64,000 bases of DNA from Somniosus microcephalus (taxonomy: Eukaryota), in NCBI GenBank assembly GCA_052327205.1, contig CM126207.1, forward strand, positions 24,490,001 through 24,554,000, given 5' to 3'. Below the pieces are notes generated by a model that was given only the letters and a program-made list of their open reading frames with translations, was not told the origin of the DNA and searched no databases. Shown here in pieces: positions 1-11,687 of the stretch. Position 1 is the stretch's first letter, and each line of letters opens with the position of its first letter. The position numbers and the translations under genes are program-made.

Positions 1-2748
1 AGATTCCGTGATCGTACGAAATGTAGCATGCGCGTAACGCCAGGATGACACAAACCATTGTGGACATCCATGAGAGTGGAGGATGACATAGTGGAGCAGA
101 ATGCCCGTGTGAGGGTGTCCGGGGCCACATTCTCCTTGCCAGGCCGATAGAGAATGGTATAACCAAAAGAGGCCAGTTCCATCCTCCAAAGTTGTATTTT
201 ATTATTCTTAATTTTGGTTCGTTTTCGATTATCGAGCATGAAGGCGACTGATCGTTGGTCCGTGATCAACGTAAAGTGCTGGCGAGCTAGAAAATGGTTC
301 CACTTCCGTACTGCCTCTATGATGGCTGTGGCTTCTTTCTCAACCGGAGGATAATGTAGCTCGGCACCTTGTAAGGTCCTGGACATAAATGCTACAGGAC
401 GACCTTCCTGATTCAGAGTAGCCGAGATCGCCACCTCCGAGGCATCACATTCAACCACGAAAGGGAGATTCTCATCAATGGAGTGAAGAGCCGCTTTCTC
501 CAACTGTTTTTTGAGAAGGTTAAAGGCTGCAACAGCCGCTGTTCCCAGTGGAAATGATCTAGCATGCAGCAAGGGTTGGATTTCGTCCGAAAAATGAGGA
601 ATCCATTTAGCGTAGTATGCAAACAGACCGAGAGCCCGACGTAAAGAAGCCGGATTCTTAGGTGACGGGAGCTCTTGGAGCGGGCGAAGTCTTTCTGGGT
701 CTGGCTTAATGATACCATTGCCTACGCAGTAGCCAAGGATGTTGATGGTCGGTTGCGACTCAACAGATTTGGATTCATTCAGGGTCAAATTACGGCGATG
801 GAGGGCATCCCGAAATTTTTGGAGGTTGGAGTCGTGTTCCTGTTGATCGTGACCTGCAATGGTAATGTTATCAAGATAGGGAAAAGTGTCCCTTAGGTTT
901 TCCTGCTTAACCAGGCCATCCATTGCCCGTTGAAAGACAGCCACTCCATTAGTAACCCCGAATGGGAGGTGACGAAATTGGTACAGCCGCCCATTAGCCT
1001 CAAAGGCTGTGTACTGCTTATCTGAGACCTTCAAGGGTAACTGATGATAGGCACTTTTTAAATCGTAAGTTGAGAACACTTTGTATTCGGCCAGTTTATT
1101 AACCATATCATCAATGCGTGGCAATGGGTAGGCGTCCAAGTCGGTATATTGATTGATGGTTTGCGAATAATCGATGCATAGTCGCTGTTTGTGAGGTTTT
1201 AGAGGGTTCTTGACAATGACGACTTGAGCCCGCCAGGGCGACGAACATGGTTCAATGATATCCTCTGCTAGAAGTCGAGAGATTTCAGCCGCAATAAAAG
1301 ATTGGTCTTCCTGATTAAAGCGCCGCGATTTCGTTATTATCGGTTGGCATTGAGGCGGAATACTGGCAAATAATGAGGGTTCATTAAGTGAAGCTGCTGA
1401 TAATGCACAAAATGGTAATTTAGATGGTATATTAGAAATAGTAAGTCCGGGTTTGGATCCACCAAACTCAATGGTGAGTTTCTTATGCTATTTTTGGAAG
1501 TCCAGCCCTAAGAGGAGATCACTACATAAGTCTTTGAGCACCGAAAGTCGGGTGGAGGGATACATACGACCATGAAGTGTCATATCAACAACACAAAAGC
1601 CGGAGATTCTGGTATTAAGTGATGACTGGGCCATCGCAATTGCCTGGTCCGATGGGAAGACATGTAGTTTCAATTTCGCAACAATCTGTTCCTTAATGAA
1701 ACTATCAGTACTTCCTGAGTCAATTAAGGCATCTAAGGTATGCCCTTTAATTGAAATTTTTGTGGCTGCCTGAGACAGGTTCTGTGGGCAAGCAGCTGTA
1801 ATTGGTGTCGTTGCACAGAGAGTGGCTAAAACTCTCGGTGTGCTTCTTCGGGAGAGAGCTCGAGAGGAAGCTTGATAGGTCCTAGCTGGAGCATCTTGAT
1901 AGGCCCTAATTGGGGCAGTTCGGTAGGCCTTAGCTGGATTGGCCCTCGTAGAGGCCCTTGATAGGCAAACTTTAGCAAAGTGTCCTTTTTTCCCCGCAAT
2001 AACTGCAGATTGCATTGCGAGCAGGGCAGGTTTTCCTAGGGTGAAAAGCATCTCCACAAAAGAAGCATTCCTTCCTAGATTGCCAAGAGGCTGCTAAAGT
2101 GGGGTCGTCCTCCTCTTCTTCATCAGAATTATCAGAATTAGATTCCCCCATGATAGGGTTCACCTGAGACCGCTTGAATTGTCTGGTTGCAGCTACAGCA
2201 GCAGATCAAGAACTGGGCAGCTGATAGAGGTCTGCATTTCTCTTTGCCAAATCCAGTGAACAAGCTAGGTCAAAAGCTTTTTGTAGCTCAAGTGTTTTAC
2301 TTTCTAGTAGACGCTGGCGTATAAATGGAGAGGCAATCCCGCAGATGAAAGCATCACGAATCATTTCTTGGCGGTACAGTTCAGCTGAGGCTGCCTGAAA
2401 GTTACAATCTACGCTGAGCCTGCGAAGTTCTTGCAGGAATTCGTCAATTGATTCCCCTGGCCCTTGTCGGGCTGTGGCCAGTAGATGTCTAGCATAGACC
2501 TCATTTGGGGTCTTCGCATACAGTTTCTTAAGTGCCCGAATCACCTCTTCGTAACTATCCCAGTCATCAACATATTCGAACACTTTTGGGGTCACATAAT
2601 TGACAAGTATCTTCAATTTAGCAGGAGCATCCACTTTACATTCATCCAGAAAATTCTCAAAAGTACGATACCAATGCTTCCATACCCTGCCAGCTGCTGG
2701 TGTATTCGGGTCCAAGTCCAGACGAATAGGTCTAAGGATTTTCTCCAT
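1..2748 (-). pseudogene. Gypsy gag-pol polyprotein, disrupted by two nonsense codons and one frameshift
   Basis: ATG at 2748 (MEKILRPIRLDLDP). In-frame TGA at 2206-2208 with gag continuing in frame; 1-nt frameshift in the G/A run near 1985-1995 splits CSYCG/KKGHFAKVC; TAG at 1488-1490 after protease. The same frame then reads as RT-RNase H-IN to the window edge (frame checked at 878, 554, 449, 302, 5). Confidence 0.9.
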
Positions 2749-2831
2749 GATGGGTGGTTCCCTGGATCCTTAACTTCCGAGTTTGTCTGAAGGTCTAGTA
2801 TTTGTCAGTGTAAATACTAAGTTACTTAAAT

Positions 2832-3089
2832 TGATGTAAGAAAAAGGAGACTTACCATCAAGTAACTTTAAAGTAAGCTTTAAGTAACTTATAAACACAC
2901 TATATACAAGAGAGGTCTTTACCATGCCTCTGGTAGAAGCCTCTTACAATACTGAACAGACCAGTATTTATACCAGTCCAACAGGAAGTGACATTTACAG
3001 GAAGTGAGGTATGTACACAGTTCATAGTTCATAGTTCATAGTTCACAGGAAGTGATGACATAACTTCCCGGATGTTATCATTTTTATCA
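2832..3089 (-). repeat. 5' LTR of the Gypsy element (~258 bp)
   Basis: TGAT...ATCA termini; TATAAATA on the minus strand at 2965-2972; three CAGGAAGTG (ETS-like) motifs; short AGTTCAT tandem; CR1 sequence resumes at 3090. An alternative end at ATCA 3080 is possible; the partner LTR is outside the window. Confidence 0.75.
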
Positions 3090-5410
3090 CACACAGTACT
3101 CCAGATGTGGTCTCACCAATGCCCTGTATAACTGAAGTATAACCTCCCTACTTTTGTATTCAATTCCCCTCGCAATAAACGATAACATTCTATTAGCTTT
3201 CCTAATTACTTGCTGTACCTGCATACTAACCTTTTGCAATTCATGCACTAGGGCACCCAGATCCCTCTGCAATCTCTCACCATTTAGATAATAAGCTTTT
3301 TTATTCTTCCTGCCAAAATGGACAATTTCACATTTTCCCACATTATACTTCATTTGCCAGATCTTTGCCTACTCACTTAACCTATCATCCTTTGTAGCCT
3401 CCAAATGTCCTCTTCACAATTTACTTTCCTACCTATCTTTGTGTCATCAGCAAATTTAGCAACCATACCTTCGTTCCATTCATCCAAGTCATTTATATAA
3501 ATTGTAAAAAGTTGAGGCCCCAGCACTGACCCCTGTGACGCACCACTTGTTACATCTTGCCAACCAGAAAATGTCCCATTTATGCCTACTCTCTTTCCTG
3601 TTAGCTAGCCAATCTTCTATCCATGCCAATATGTTACCCTCTACACCATGAGCTTTTATTTTTTGCAATAATCTTTGATGTGGCACCTTATCAAATGCCT
3701 TCTGGAAATCTAAGTACAGTACATCCACCAGTTCCCCTTTATCCACAGCACATGTTACTTCTTCAAAGAACTCCAATAAATTGGTTAAACATGAGTTCCC
3801 TTTCACAAAACTATGTTATCACTGCCTGATTGCCTTGAACTTTTCTAAGTGCCCTGCTATAACGTCTTTAATAATAGCTTCTAACATCTTCCCTATGACA
3901 GATGTTAAGCTAACTGGCCTGTAGTTTCCTGCTTTCTGTCTCCCACCCTATGAATAAAAGAGTTACATTCACTATTTTCCAATCTAATGGAGCCTTCCCT
4001 GAATCTAGGGAATTTTGGAAAATTAAAACCAACGCATCAACTATCTCACTAGCCACTTCTTTGAAGACCTTAGGATGAAGTCCATCATGACCCGGGGACA
4101 TGTCAACTTGAAGCTCCAACAATTTGCTCAGTACCACTTCCCTGGTGATTGTAATTTTCTTGAGTTCCTCCCACCCTTACATTTCCTGATTTACAGCTAT
4201 TTCTGGGATGTTACTTGTATCCTCTAGTGAAGACCGATGCAAAATACCTGTTCAATTCAACTGCCATCTCCTTATTTTCCATTATTAATTCCCCAGACTC
4301 ACTTTTTATAGGACCAACACTCACTTTGTTAACTCTTTTTTTTAAATCTATAGAAACTCTTACTATCTGTTTTTATATTTTTAGCTAGCTTTCTCTTGTA
4401 CTCTGAATTTTTCTCTCCTTGTTAATCTTTTAGTCATTCTTTGCTGTTTTTTATATTCTGTCCAATCTTCTGACCTGCCACCCATCTTTGCACCATTATA
4501 TGCTTTTTCTTTAAGTCTGATACTATCTTTAACTTTTTTAGTTGACCACAGATGGTGGGTCCTCCCCTTGGAATTTTTCTTTCTCATTGGAATGTACTGT
4601 ATATATTCTGTGTATTCTGAAATATCCCCTTAAATGTCTGCCACTGCAACTCTATTGACCTATCCCTTAACGTAATTTGCCAGTTCACTTTAGCTAGCTC
4701 TGCTTTCATGCCCTCATAATTGCCATTATTTAAGTTTAAAATACTAGTCTTGGACCCACTCCTCTCTCTCAAACTGAATGTAAAATTCCATCATATTATG
4801 ATTGCTGCTACCTCGGGGCGCCTTCACTAGGAGGTCATTAATTAATCCTATCTCGTTGCACAATACCAGGTCCAGTATAGCCTGATCTCTGGTTGGCTCC
4901 AGAACGTGCTGTTCTGAGAAACTATCCCAAAAACATTCTATGAACTCCTCATCTAGGCTAACTTTGCCCATCTGAATTTTCCAGTCTATATGTAGATTAA
5001 AATCCCCCATGATTATTGCCATACATTTCTGACAAGCTCCTATTATTTCTTCCTTTATCCTCCATCCTACTGGATGGTTACTGTTAGGGGGCCTGCACAT
5101 CATTCCCACAAGTGACTTCTTGCCTTTATCATGCCGCATCTCTACCCAAACCGCTTCTACATCCTGGTTTCCTGAACTTAGGTCATCCATCTCTATTGTG
5201 CTAATACCATCATTAATTAACAGAGCCACCCTTCACTTTTTCCCAGCTTCCTGTCCTTCCTAAATGTCATGCCTTCAATATTCAGGTCCCAATCTATGTC
5301 ATCCTGCAGCCATGTTTCTGTAATGGCTATTAGATCATACTTATTTATTTCTATTTACAGTTCATCTGTTTTGTTTCGAATGCTACGTGCATTCAGATGC
5401 AGAGCCTTTA
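3090..5410 (-). pseudogene. CR1 ORF2 (endonuclease and reverse transcriptase), fragmented
   Basis: Collinear ORF pieces 4744-5229, 4584-4772, 4381-4587, 3910-4137, 3489-3806, 3087-3353 with many frameshifts; LNARSIRNK endonuclease start near 5400. Confidence 0.9.
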
Positions 5411-5619
5411 GTTTTGTCCTTTTATTATTTTTGTAACCTCTAGCCTTATCTGTTGATTTACTCTTAGATTTGTACTCTATCCCTTCCTGTCCTCTATCCC
5501 TTCCTGTCCTCTCTATCCCTTCCTGTCACAGTCTGTTTATCATTTCTCATAAATATCTTTCTCTCTTGCCTTGTCTCTACTCTTTCATTTACCACATCTT
5601 CCCAAATTTGATACCATGC

Positions 5620-6557
5620 CCCCAATATTTAGTTTAAAGCCCTCTCTACCGCCCTAGTTATACGACTCACCAGAACACTGGTCCCAGCACGGTTCAGGTG
5701 AAGACTGTCCCAACGATACAGATCCCACTTTCCCCAGTACTGGTGTCAATGTCCCAGGAATCAAAACCCATTTCTCCCATACCAGTCTTTGAGCCACATA
5801 TTCATCTCTTTAATTTTATTTACCCTATGCCAATTTGTTCGTTTCTCAGGTAATAATGCAGACATTATTTCCCTCGAGGTTCAGCTTTTTAATTTTAGCC
5901 CCTAGCTGCTCATACTCTCTCAGCAGAACCTCTTTCCTAGTTCTACCTATGTGGACCACGACCAGTGGCTCCTCCCCCTCCCACTACAAGTTCCTCTCTA
6001 GCCCAGAGCAGATGTCCCGAACCCTAGCACCAGGCAGGCAACACAGCCATCTGGACTCTCGCTCTTGGCTGCAGAGAACTGTATCTATCCCTCTAACTAT
6101 GCTGTCCCCTATTACCACTACATTCCTATTAACTACCCCCGCTTGAATGGCTTCCTGTACCACGGTCAGTTTGCTCATCCACCCTGCAGCCACCGCTTTC
6201 ATCCATACAGGCCACAAGAACCTCAAACCTGTTGGACAATTGCAAAGGCTAAGGCTCCTCCACCTCCTGGGTCCCCATACCTGCTTCACTCACAGTCGCA
6301 TCCTCCTGTCCCTGACCACTGACCAAATCAGAAGACCCTAGCCTAAGGGGTGTGACTGCCTCCTGGAATAAAGTGTCCAGGTAACTTTCCCCCTCCCTGA
6401 TGCATCGCAGTGTCTGCAGCTCAGCCTCCAGCTCATCAACGCTGAGCCGAAGCTCTGCGAGCCGCAGACACTTACCGCAGACGTGTTTGTCCTGGATCAC
6501 ACGGGCATCCTGAAGCTCCCACATCCTGCAATCACAACACATCACCTGCCCTGCCAT
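5620..6557 (-). pseudogene. CR1 ORF1 (zinc finger/coiled coil plus SGNH esterase), fragmented
   Basis: ORFs 6249-6557 (CCDCRMWE...CGKC...LRLSVDELEAEL) and 5984-6289 (VVIGDSIVRGID...CLPGARVRDI). The 3' boundary is approximate. Confidence 0.85.
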
Positions 6558-7244
6558 CTTTATTGTGCCTTAATTTATTTATTTATTTATTTAATAAACC
6601 CTACTACACCTAAGACTTATTGCTGCTAGTAAAATTCACAGTACTAATGAAACCTTACAATTACTAATACATTTCCTGGGCTTTAAAAGATAAGTGAGCA
6701 AAATACTCACCAACCAATAATTTACCCTTTTCCCTGTGATGTCACCTTTTATTTTTTCCGAATGCGGTTGGGGGGTTTCACAGAGCTGAACTGCCGCTGG
6801 TTCTCTGTTCCCTCTAATGCAGCTTTTTAACTCCTGCTCTCCTGGAGGCTGACCAAGATAGAAAAAGAAGAAAGGAGCACCTCCCACCTCGCCGAACTCC
6901 CTTACTCACCAAACTCGCAGGTTTACACTTTGTTCCAAGCTGCATGCCATGACAAACTGCACTCTAGCCTATTTATACTACTGAGATTTAAACGAGAGCT
7001 CTCTGGCAGTTACAGAACCAGCTTAGACCAGTTAATTAATTAACTAATCTCACCTGCTCTCCAGCACAGAGCTTGCTTAGCCCTGCCCAAGCCTGGAAGA
7101 AACTTAAAGCTTAAAACAGTAAATTTAAGTTAAATGCTAATTGCATGCACGCAAGACTAGGTTTTATAAAAATAAGAGATTAACCCTTAAGATTCACTCC
7201 CTTACTCACCAAACTCGCAGGTTTACACTCTGTTCCAAGCTGCA

Positions 7245-7434
7245 CTCCTTCAATCTGATTGGTTAAGGGGACACACTCTTGGTTGCCCTGTTCACTCAGG
7301 TCCCAGATGCTCTGTTTGCCTTGTTGTGCCGTTATCAGCTTGCACTTTCAGAAACTTTTGAGCCGATGGGTGCAGAGGCAAGTCTAACTAATGGCAGATG
7401 CCGTTAGATGCCCTGCTACAGCAAATTCTGGCCC
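7245..7434. mobile_element. One end of a non-autonomous DNA transposon (PIF/Harbinger-like terminus), probably the host of the CR1
   Basis: Ends in AAATTCTGGCCC, resembling the terminal repeat of the complete MITE at 12418-13179. The other end is not seen in the window. Confidence 0.45.
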
Positions 7435-8056
7435 AAATAAATCAGTGCTGATTAAGGTTCAGCTAGCCAGTATCAGCATCAAAGACCTGCAAGTCAAGTG
7501 CAACATGAGCCCGAAACAAATGAACATGCCCTGTGTTTTTCCTCAGTGATGTTCATTAATCCCACCCTCAGCGCACCAATGTCCTACTGGACTATTGTAA
7601 CATTTCCATTTGTTAGATTAACCCTTCTTGTAGCCTCTGTTGGTGAAAGTGCAAATGCAGTGCTAATCTATGAACAAACTTACGCTCATCTCATAAACAA
7701 ATGGGTTGTAATCATTTCACTCACACCCCTTCACAGCCATCAGAGGGAGGACAGTTTCCTGTATTTATTTAACATTTATAATGCACGGGCATAGATTTGC
7801 AGAGAACATGCAACATGTTTCATTCCTATGCCAATAACTTGTACATTTGCATGTATGAAAATTTGTGTAGCCTAAAAAGTTAAAGTATGAAAGGATCTGC
7901 CACATTCTTTATATCTTGCAGTAGAATTCATAGTTCAAGATCCCAGAGTGAGAATTGTCTTTTTCTTATTCTGCATTCATGCTGCTGAATTCAGTATCAA
8001 AACATATTAAACCAGACCCATTCTTTGGATTTAATGAGTATTATAATTAATATATT

Positions 8057-8925
8057 ACAAGTAACATTCACACCATGCAAGTGCTAGGCAATGACCATCT
8101 CCAACAAGAGAAAGTCTAACCACCTCCCCTTGACATCATCGAATCCCCCACCATCAACAGCCTAGGGGTCAACAGTGACCAAAAACTTAACTGGACCAGC
8201 CACATAAATACTGTGGCTACAAGAGCAGCTCAGAGATTGGGTATTCTGCGGCGAGTGACTCGCCTCCTGTCCAATTTTTTTTTTGTCCATTCAAAATTCC
8301 GTGCATGCATGATTTTTCAATTCAAAAGCTGGCTCACCGGCTGTATGGAACCTGCAGAGAGCTGCGCGGCATGAGAACATTGTTCCTGACTTCCCAAAGC
8401 GTTTCCACCATCTACAGACACAAGTCAAGAGTTTGATGAAAGACTCTCCACTTGCCAGGATGAATGCTGCTCCAACAACACTCAAGAAGCTCGACACCAT
8501 CCAGGACAAAGCAGCCTGCTTGATTGGCATTCCATCCACCACCTTAAATATTCACTCCCTCCACCACCGGCATACCGTGTCTCCAGTGTGTATCATCTAC
8601 AAGATGCACTGCAGCAGCCCGCCAAAACTTCTTCGAAAGCATCTCCCAAACCCGCAACCTCTACCACCTACAAGGACAAGGGCAGCAGATGCATGGGAAC
8701 ACCACCACTTCCAAGTTCCCCTCCAAGTCACACATCATCCTGACTTGGAAATATATCACCGATCCTTCATCATTGCTGGGTCAAAATTATGGGACTCCCT
8801 ATCTAACAGCATTGTGGGAGTACCTTCACCACATGGACTACAGCAGTTCAAGAAGGTGGCTCACCACCACCTTCTCGGGGGAAATTATGGTCTTGCCAGT
8901 GACGCTCACATCCCGTGAATGAATT
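8057..8925 (+). mobile_element. 3' fragment of a CR1/L2-group LINE, interrupted by a ~115-bp insert at ~8270-8385
   Basis: Degenerate RT C-terminal coding sequence (QKLNWTSHIN, LDTIQDKAACLIG) ending in a GAATGAAT-type tail; the insert is flanked by a repeated TCCTG. Confidence 0.8.
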
Positions 8926-9028
8926 TTTAAAAATTACACATTTTAATTTTTCGCTCCACTTCTATTTTCTTCCTGCTTTATTTTTGGATCACCCTTTTTA
9001 TCTCTGCCTCTATGATGTTTGCTGGGTG

Positions 9029-10977
9029 AGAAAGAAAGACTTACATTTATATAGCACCTTTCACGACCACCAAACATGTCAAAGCACTTTATAGCCAATG
9101 AAGTACTTTCGGAGTGTAGTCACTGTTGTAATGTGGGAAACGCAGCAGCCAATTTGCACACAGCAAGTGTAGGGTTCTCAAAATTCCCACATTCCCCAAA
9201 GTTATGGATAAAGGGACCCTGTATGGACAAATTATTAAAAAGGGTACCCAAAATGGCTTCTGAGACCTCGTGACCAAAACTGACAGGATTTTTAAAAGCA
9301 AGGCCCTGCAAAAAGGCAGGCCCTGAAACGAAACCTAACATGCAGGAATCTGTGAAAAGACTTTGTAAAGCCAGACAGATAAGTAAACACAAAATATGCA
9401 TTCTTCACCTTGGAACAGATCAAGCCAGGATGGCCCTAATCTGAAAACCATCTACTCTTCGCATAAATAATCGGTAACAGCTCACAGGTAGCTGCCAAGT
9501 CAGGAAACCCGATTAAGTTTCATAAATGACAAACAGCCAGGACATCAAAGCCATTATACCAGGAGACAACTGCCCCAGAAGTCATTAAAGTAAATGGCTG
9601 TAATCATTTTAAACGAGCCTGCCAAAAGTTAGACAAAGGACTGACCTGATTTGGCGTGCAGATAAGGGTGAAGAACCGGGTATAATTGTAGGCCCATCGG
9701 CAGTGATCGCTCTCTTGCTCTTGCCCTCATCTTTTGGCCTTGGCCTCCTGCCTCTCGTTCTCATGCCCTGGCCTCGTGGCGGGCTCTCTCCTCGCTCCCC
9801 AGGACGCCCATTACTACAACGAGGGCCAAACGCAGGAGGAGAACGAGACCCGAATTTGAAAACACACAGGACACACAGGCCACAAACAGGCAGACAAGAC
9901 AAGATGAAGAATACGGTAAACCGATAAGGGCAGAGAAGGGCAGCGGAAAGACGCATTGGGGGACAAACGCCTAGTTATAAGCTGGCGTTTGATGAATAAG
10001 TTGACGTTCAAAGCATGGATAGCAGCGTCCATGACGAATAAACTGGCGTTCGAAGCATGGGTAGTAAAATCAGTTTGACAGTGTAAACCGCCAACCGAGC
10101 CCCAACCGTTTTAAAAACCCGTCAGCGACCAAACCCCCCGAGGAAGAAGAAGACGACCCATCGCGACTCGACAACGATGTTAGCTGAGGAAAAGGAGGGT
10201 GAGTCGCATAAACAACTCCATTGCCGTGCCCTGTGACCACGTGGCGACGAAGTACCCCAGAGGACAGAAAGAGTGAACCTCAAAACCCATACCAGTTAAA
10301 TCAACAGGTTTCGAATTGGTGAGCATGAATTCCTGGCCCCTCGTAGCTTAATCTAGTTAGGTATAGGGGGTGGGATAAGGGGATTTTAACATGTTTGTTC
10401 CCTCGATGTGCCGTGTGTTCCCCATTCCCATATAAGTGTAATTGTTTTATGCCTGTAACTATATCAGTAATTCTCAGTAAGATTATGTTTTTATCCTGCC
10501 TTTAATAAAATGTTGGTTTTCTTGTACCAAACCACTTGTCTACTCGAATTTCTGTATCGCCGCCTGTACCTAAGTCCGGTGTCTAGAACCCAGGGGTGTG
10601 GGAGCAACTCGAACTGCTCAGAGACAGTCAGAGGTGAAGCTGACTCGGTGCACGCCATCCCCTACACAAGCTCCCACAAACAGCAAATCTGTTTTGTTAT
10701 TTTAATTGAGGGCTAAATATTGTCCAGGACACCAAGGATAACTCCCCTGCTCTTCTTTGAAATAGTGTCATGCGATTTTTTACATCCACCTGAGAGAGTA
10801 GATAGGGCCTCAGTTTAATGTCTCATCTGAAAGACGGCACCTCCAATAGCACAGCACTCCCTCAGCACTGCCCTGGAGTGTCAGCCTAGATTTATGTGCT
10901 CAAGTCCCCTGGAGTAGGACTTGAACCCACAACTTTCTGAGCCAGAGGTGAGTGTGCTACTCACCGAGCCACAGCTG
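9029..10977 (-). mobile_element. tRNA-derived SINE (DeuSINE/SacSINE1-like) with L2-type tail, split by a solo LTR (parts 9029-9167 and 10667-10977)
   Basis: Pol III A-box-like TGGCTCGGTGAG and B-box GGTTCAAGTCC on the minus strand near 10917-10972; tail shared with the L2 fragment at 16306-16609; the halves join across the CAAG duplication. Family name is from recalled similarity only. Confidence 0.8.
9168..10666 (+). mobile_element. Solo LTR, 1499 bp (ERV or LTR retrotransposon)
   Basis: TGTAGGG...CCCTACA 7-bp terminal inverted repeat; 4-bp target duplication CAAG (9164-9167, 10667-10670); TATA-like TATAAT near 9682 followed by a CT-rich tract; AATAAA at 10504-10509; no recognisable coding domains. 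Confidence 0.88.
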
Positions 10978-11687
10978 GCCATGGGCTAGCAAGTTTCTGC
11001 CACTAGCACAAACAGTTACATATTTTGTTAAATACTATACACCTTAACCAGCAACCAGTTGGAAATCAAACACAAGATCACATAATCAAAATAAAATTAA
11101 TGCCATGCTTTGGTGATTTTAATGGCATACCAAACATCAATCTGAATGAGACATTTTGACTGATTGTCTATTATACCATAATGAATTCCTGGCAGGATTC
11201 TAAAATATACTGGTGACCAGATCTGCCTGAACATGCTGTGGCTGTCGTGGCAAAACAACTTTCACAAGATAAACACACACAAAAATCACTTACAGGGTTC
11301 CAGAGTGCAGCAAACAAAATAATTATAATAAATTTATTTCTGATTATACTTCTGTAGTTCTTTAAAGCAGCGGTTCTCAAACTTTTTTGGTTGAAGGACC
11401 CCTTTTCAAACGGATTAGTAATCACAGACCCCTTATCTAAATTATAATACTATATAATACTCATCGTGAAAGTGCTGCAAGTAAAGAGTGATAATATCAG
11501 TGACAATGATGTGCCTACTTCTCACTGCAGAGTCTATCTAGTCTTGGTGTGATGTTTGACAATGACACTAGTAAATTATTGACGGCCACTTTATCCAATC
11601 AACGCTCTCCAATGATTGGTCTCTCACCAATCAGAAAAAGGGGCGGGGTCATTTTATGGAATTTTTTTCAAACATATATTAATGATT

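Larger units (their letters stand above)
1..3089 (-). mobile_element. Ty3/Gypsy LTR retrotransposon (5' LTR, gag, protease, RT, RNase H, start of integrase), running off the left edge
   Basis: Minus-strand domain order: gag, CCHC knuckles, protease (LIDSGS), RT (YPLPRIDD, DLKSAYHQ, LPFG, YLDN), RNase H (ECDASE, ITDQRS), then the H..H start of the integrase zinc motif near base 1-70. Bounded by an LTR that abuts CR1 coding sequence. Confidence 0.95.
3090..7244 (-). mobile_element. CR1-clade LINE with 5' UTR, ORF1 and most of ORF2; its 3' end is displaced by the Gypsy insertion
   Basis: ORF1 with CxxC...CxxC plus leucine-zipper-like segment and SGNH esterase motif (VIGDSIVRG); ORF2 with APE endonuclease (IIMGDFN) and CR1-type RT motifs (YLDFQKAFDKVPH, LYRALVRPHLEYCV). 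Confidence 0.92.

Noticed and set aside
1972-2000. Programmed ribosomal frameshift in gag at GGGGAAAAAAG
   Set aside because: The required shift is +1 and falls inside a CCHC knuckle; a 1-nt homopolymer insertion is simpler given two other nonsense lesions.
5475-5527. Triple 17-bp repeat CTCTATCCCTTCCTGTC as a CRISPR-like or functional array
   Set aside because: Contiguous tandem duplication without spacers inside a decayed LINE.
9609-10032. ORFs of 72-115 aa inside the solo LTR
   Set aside because: Low-complexity translations on both strands with no domain signature.
10900-10977. tRNA gene
   Set aside because: The A/B boxes belong to a SINE head; no complete cloverleaf is evident.
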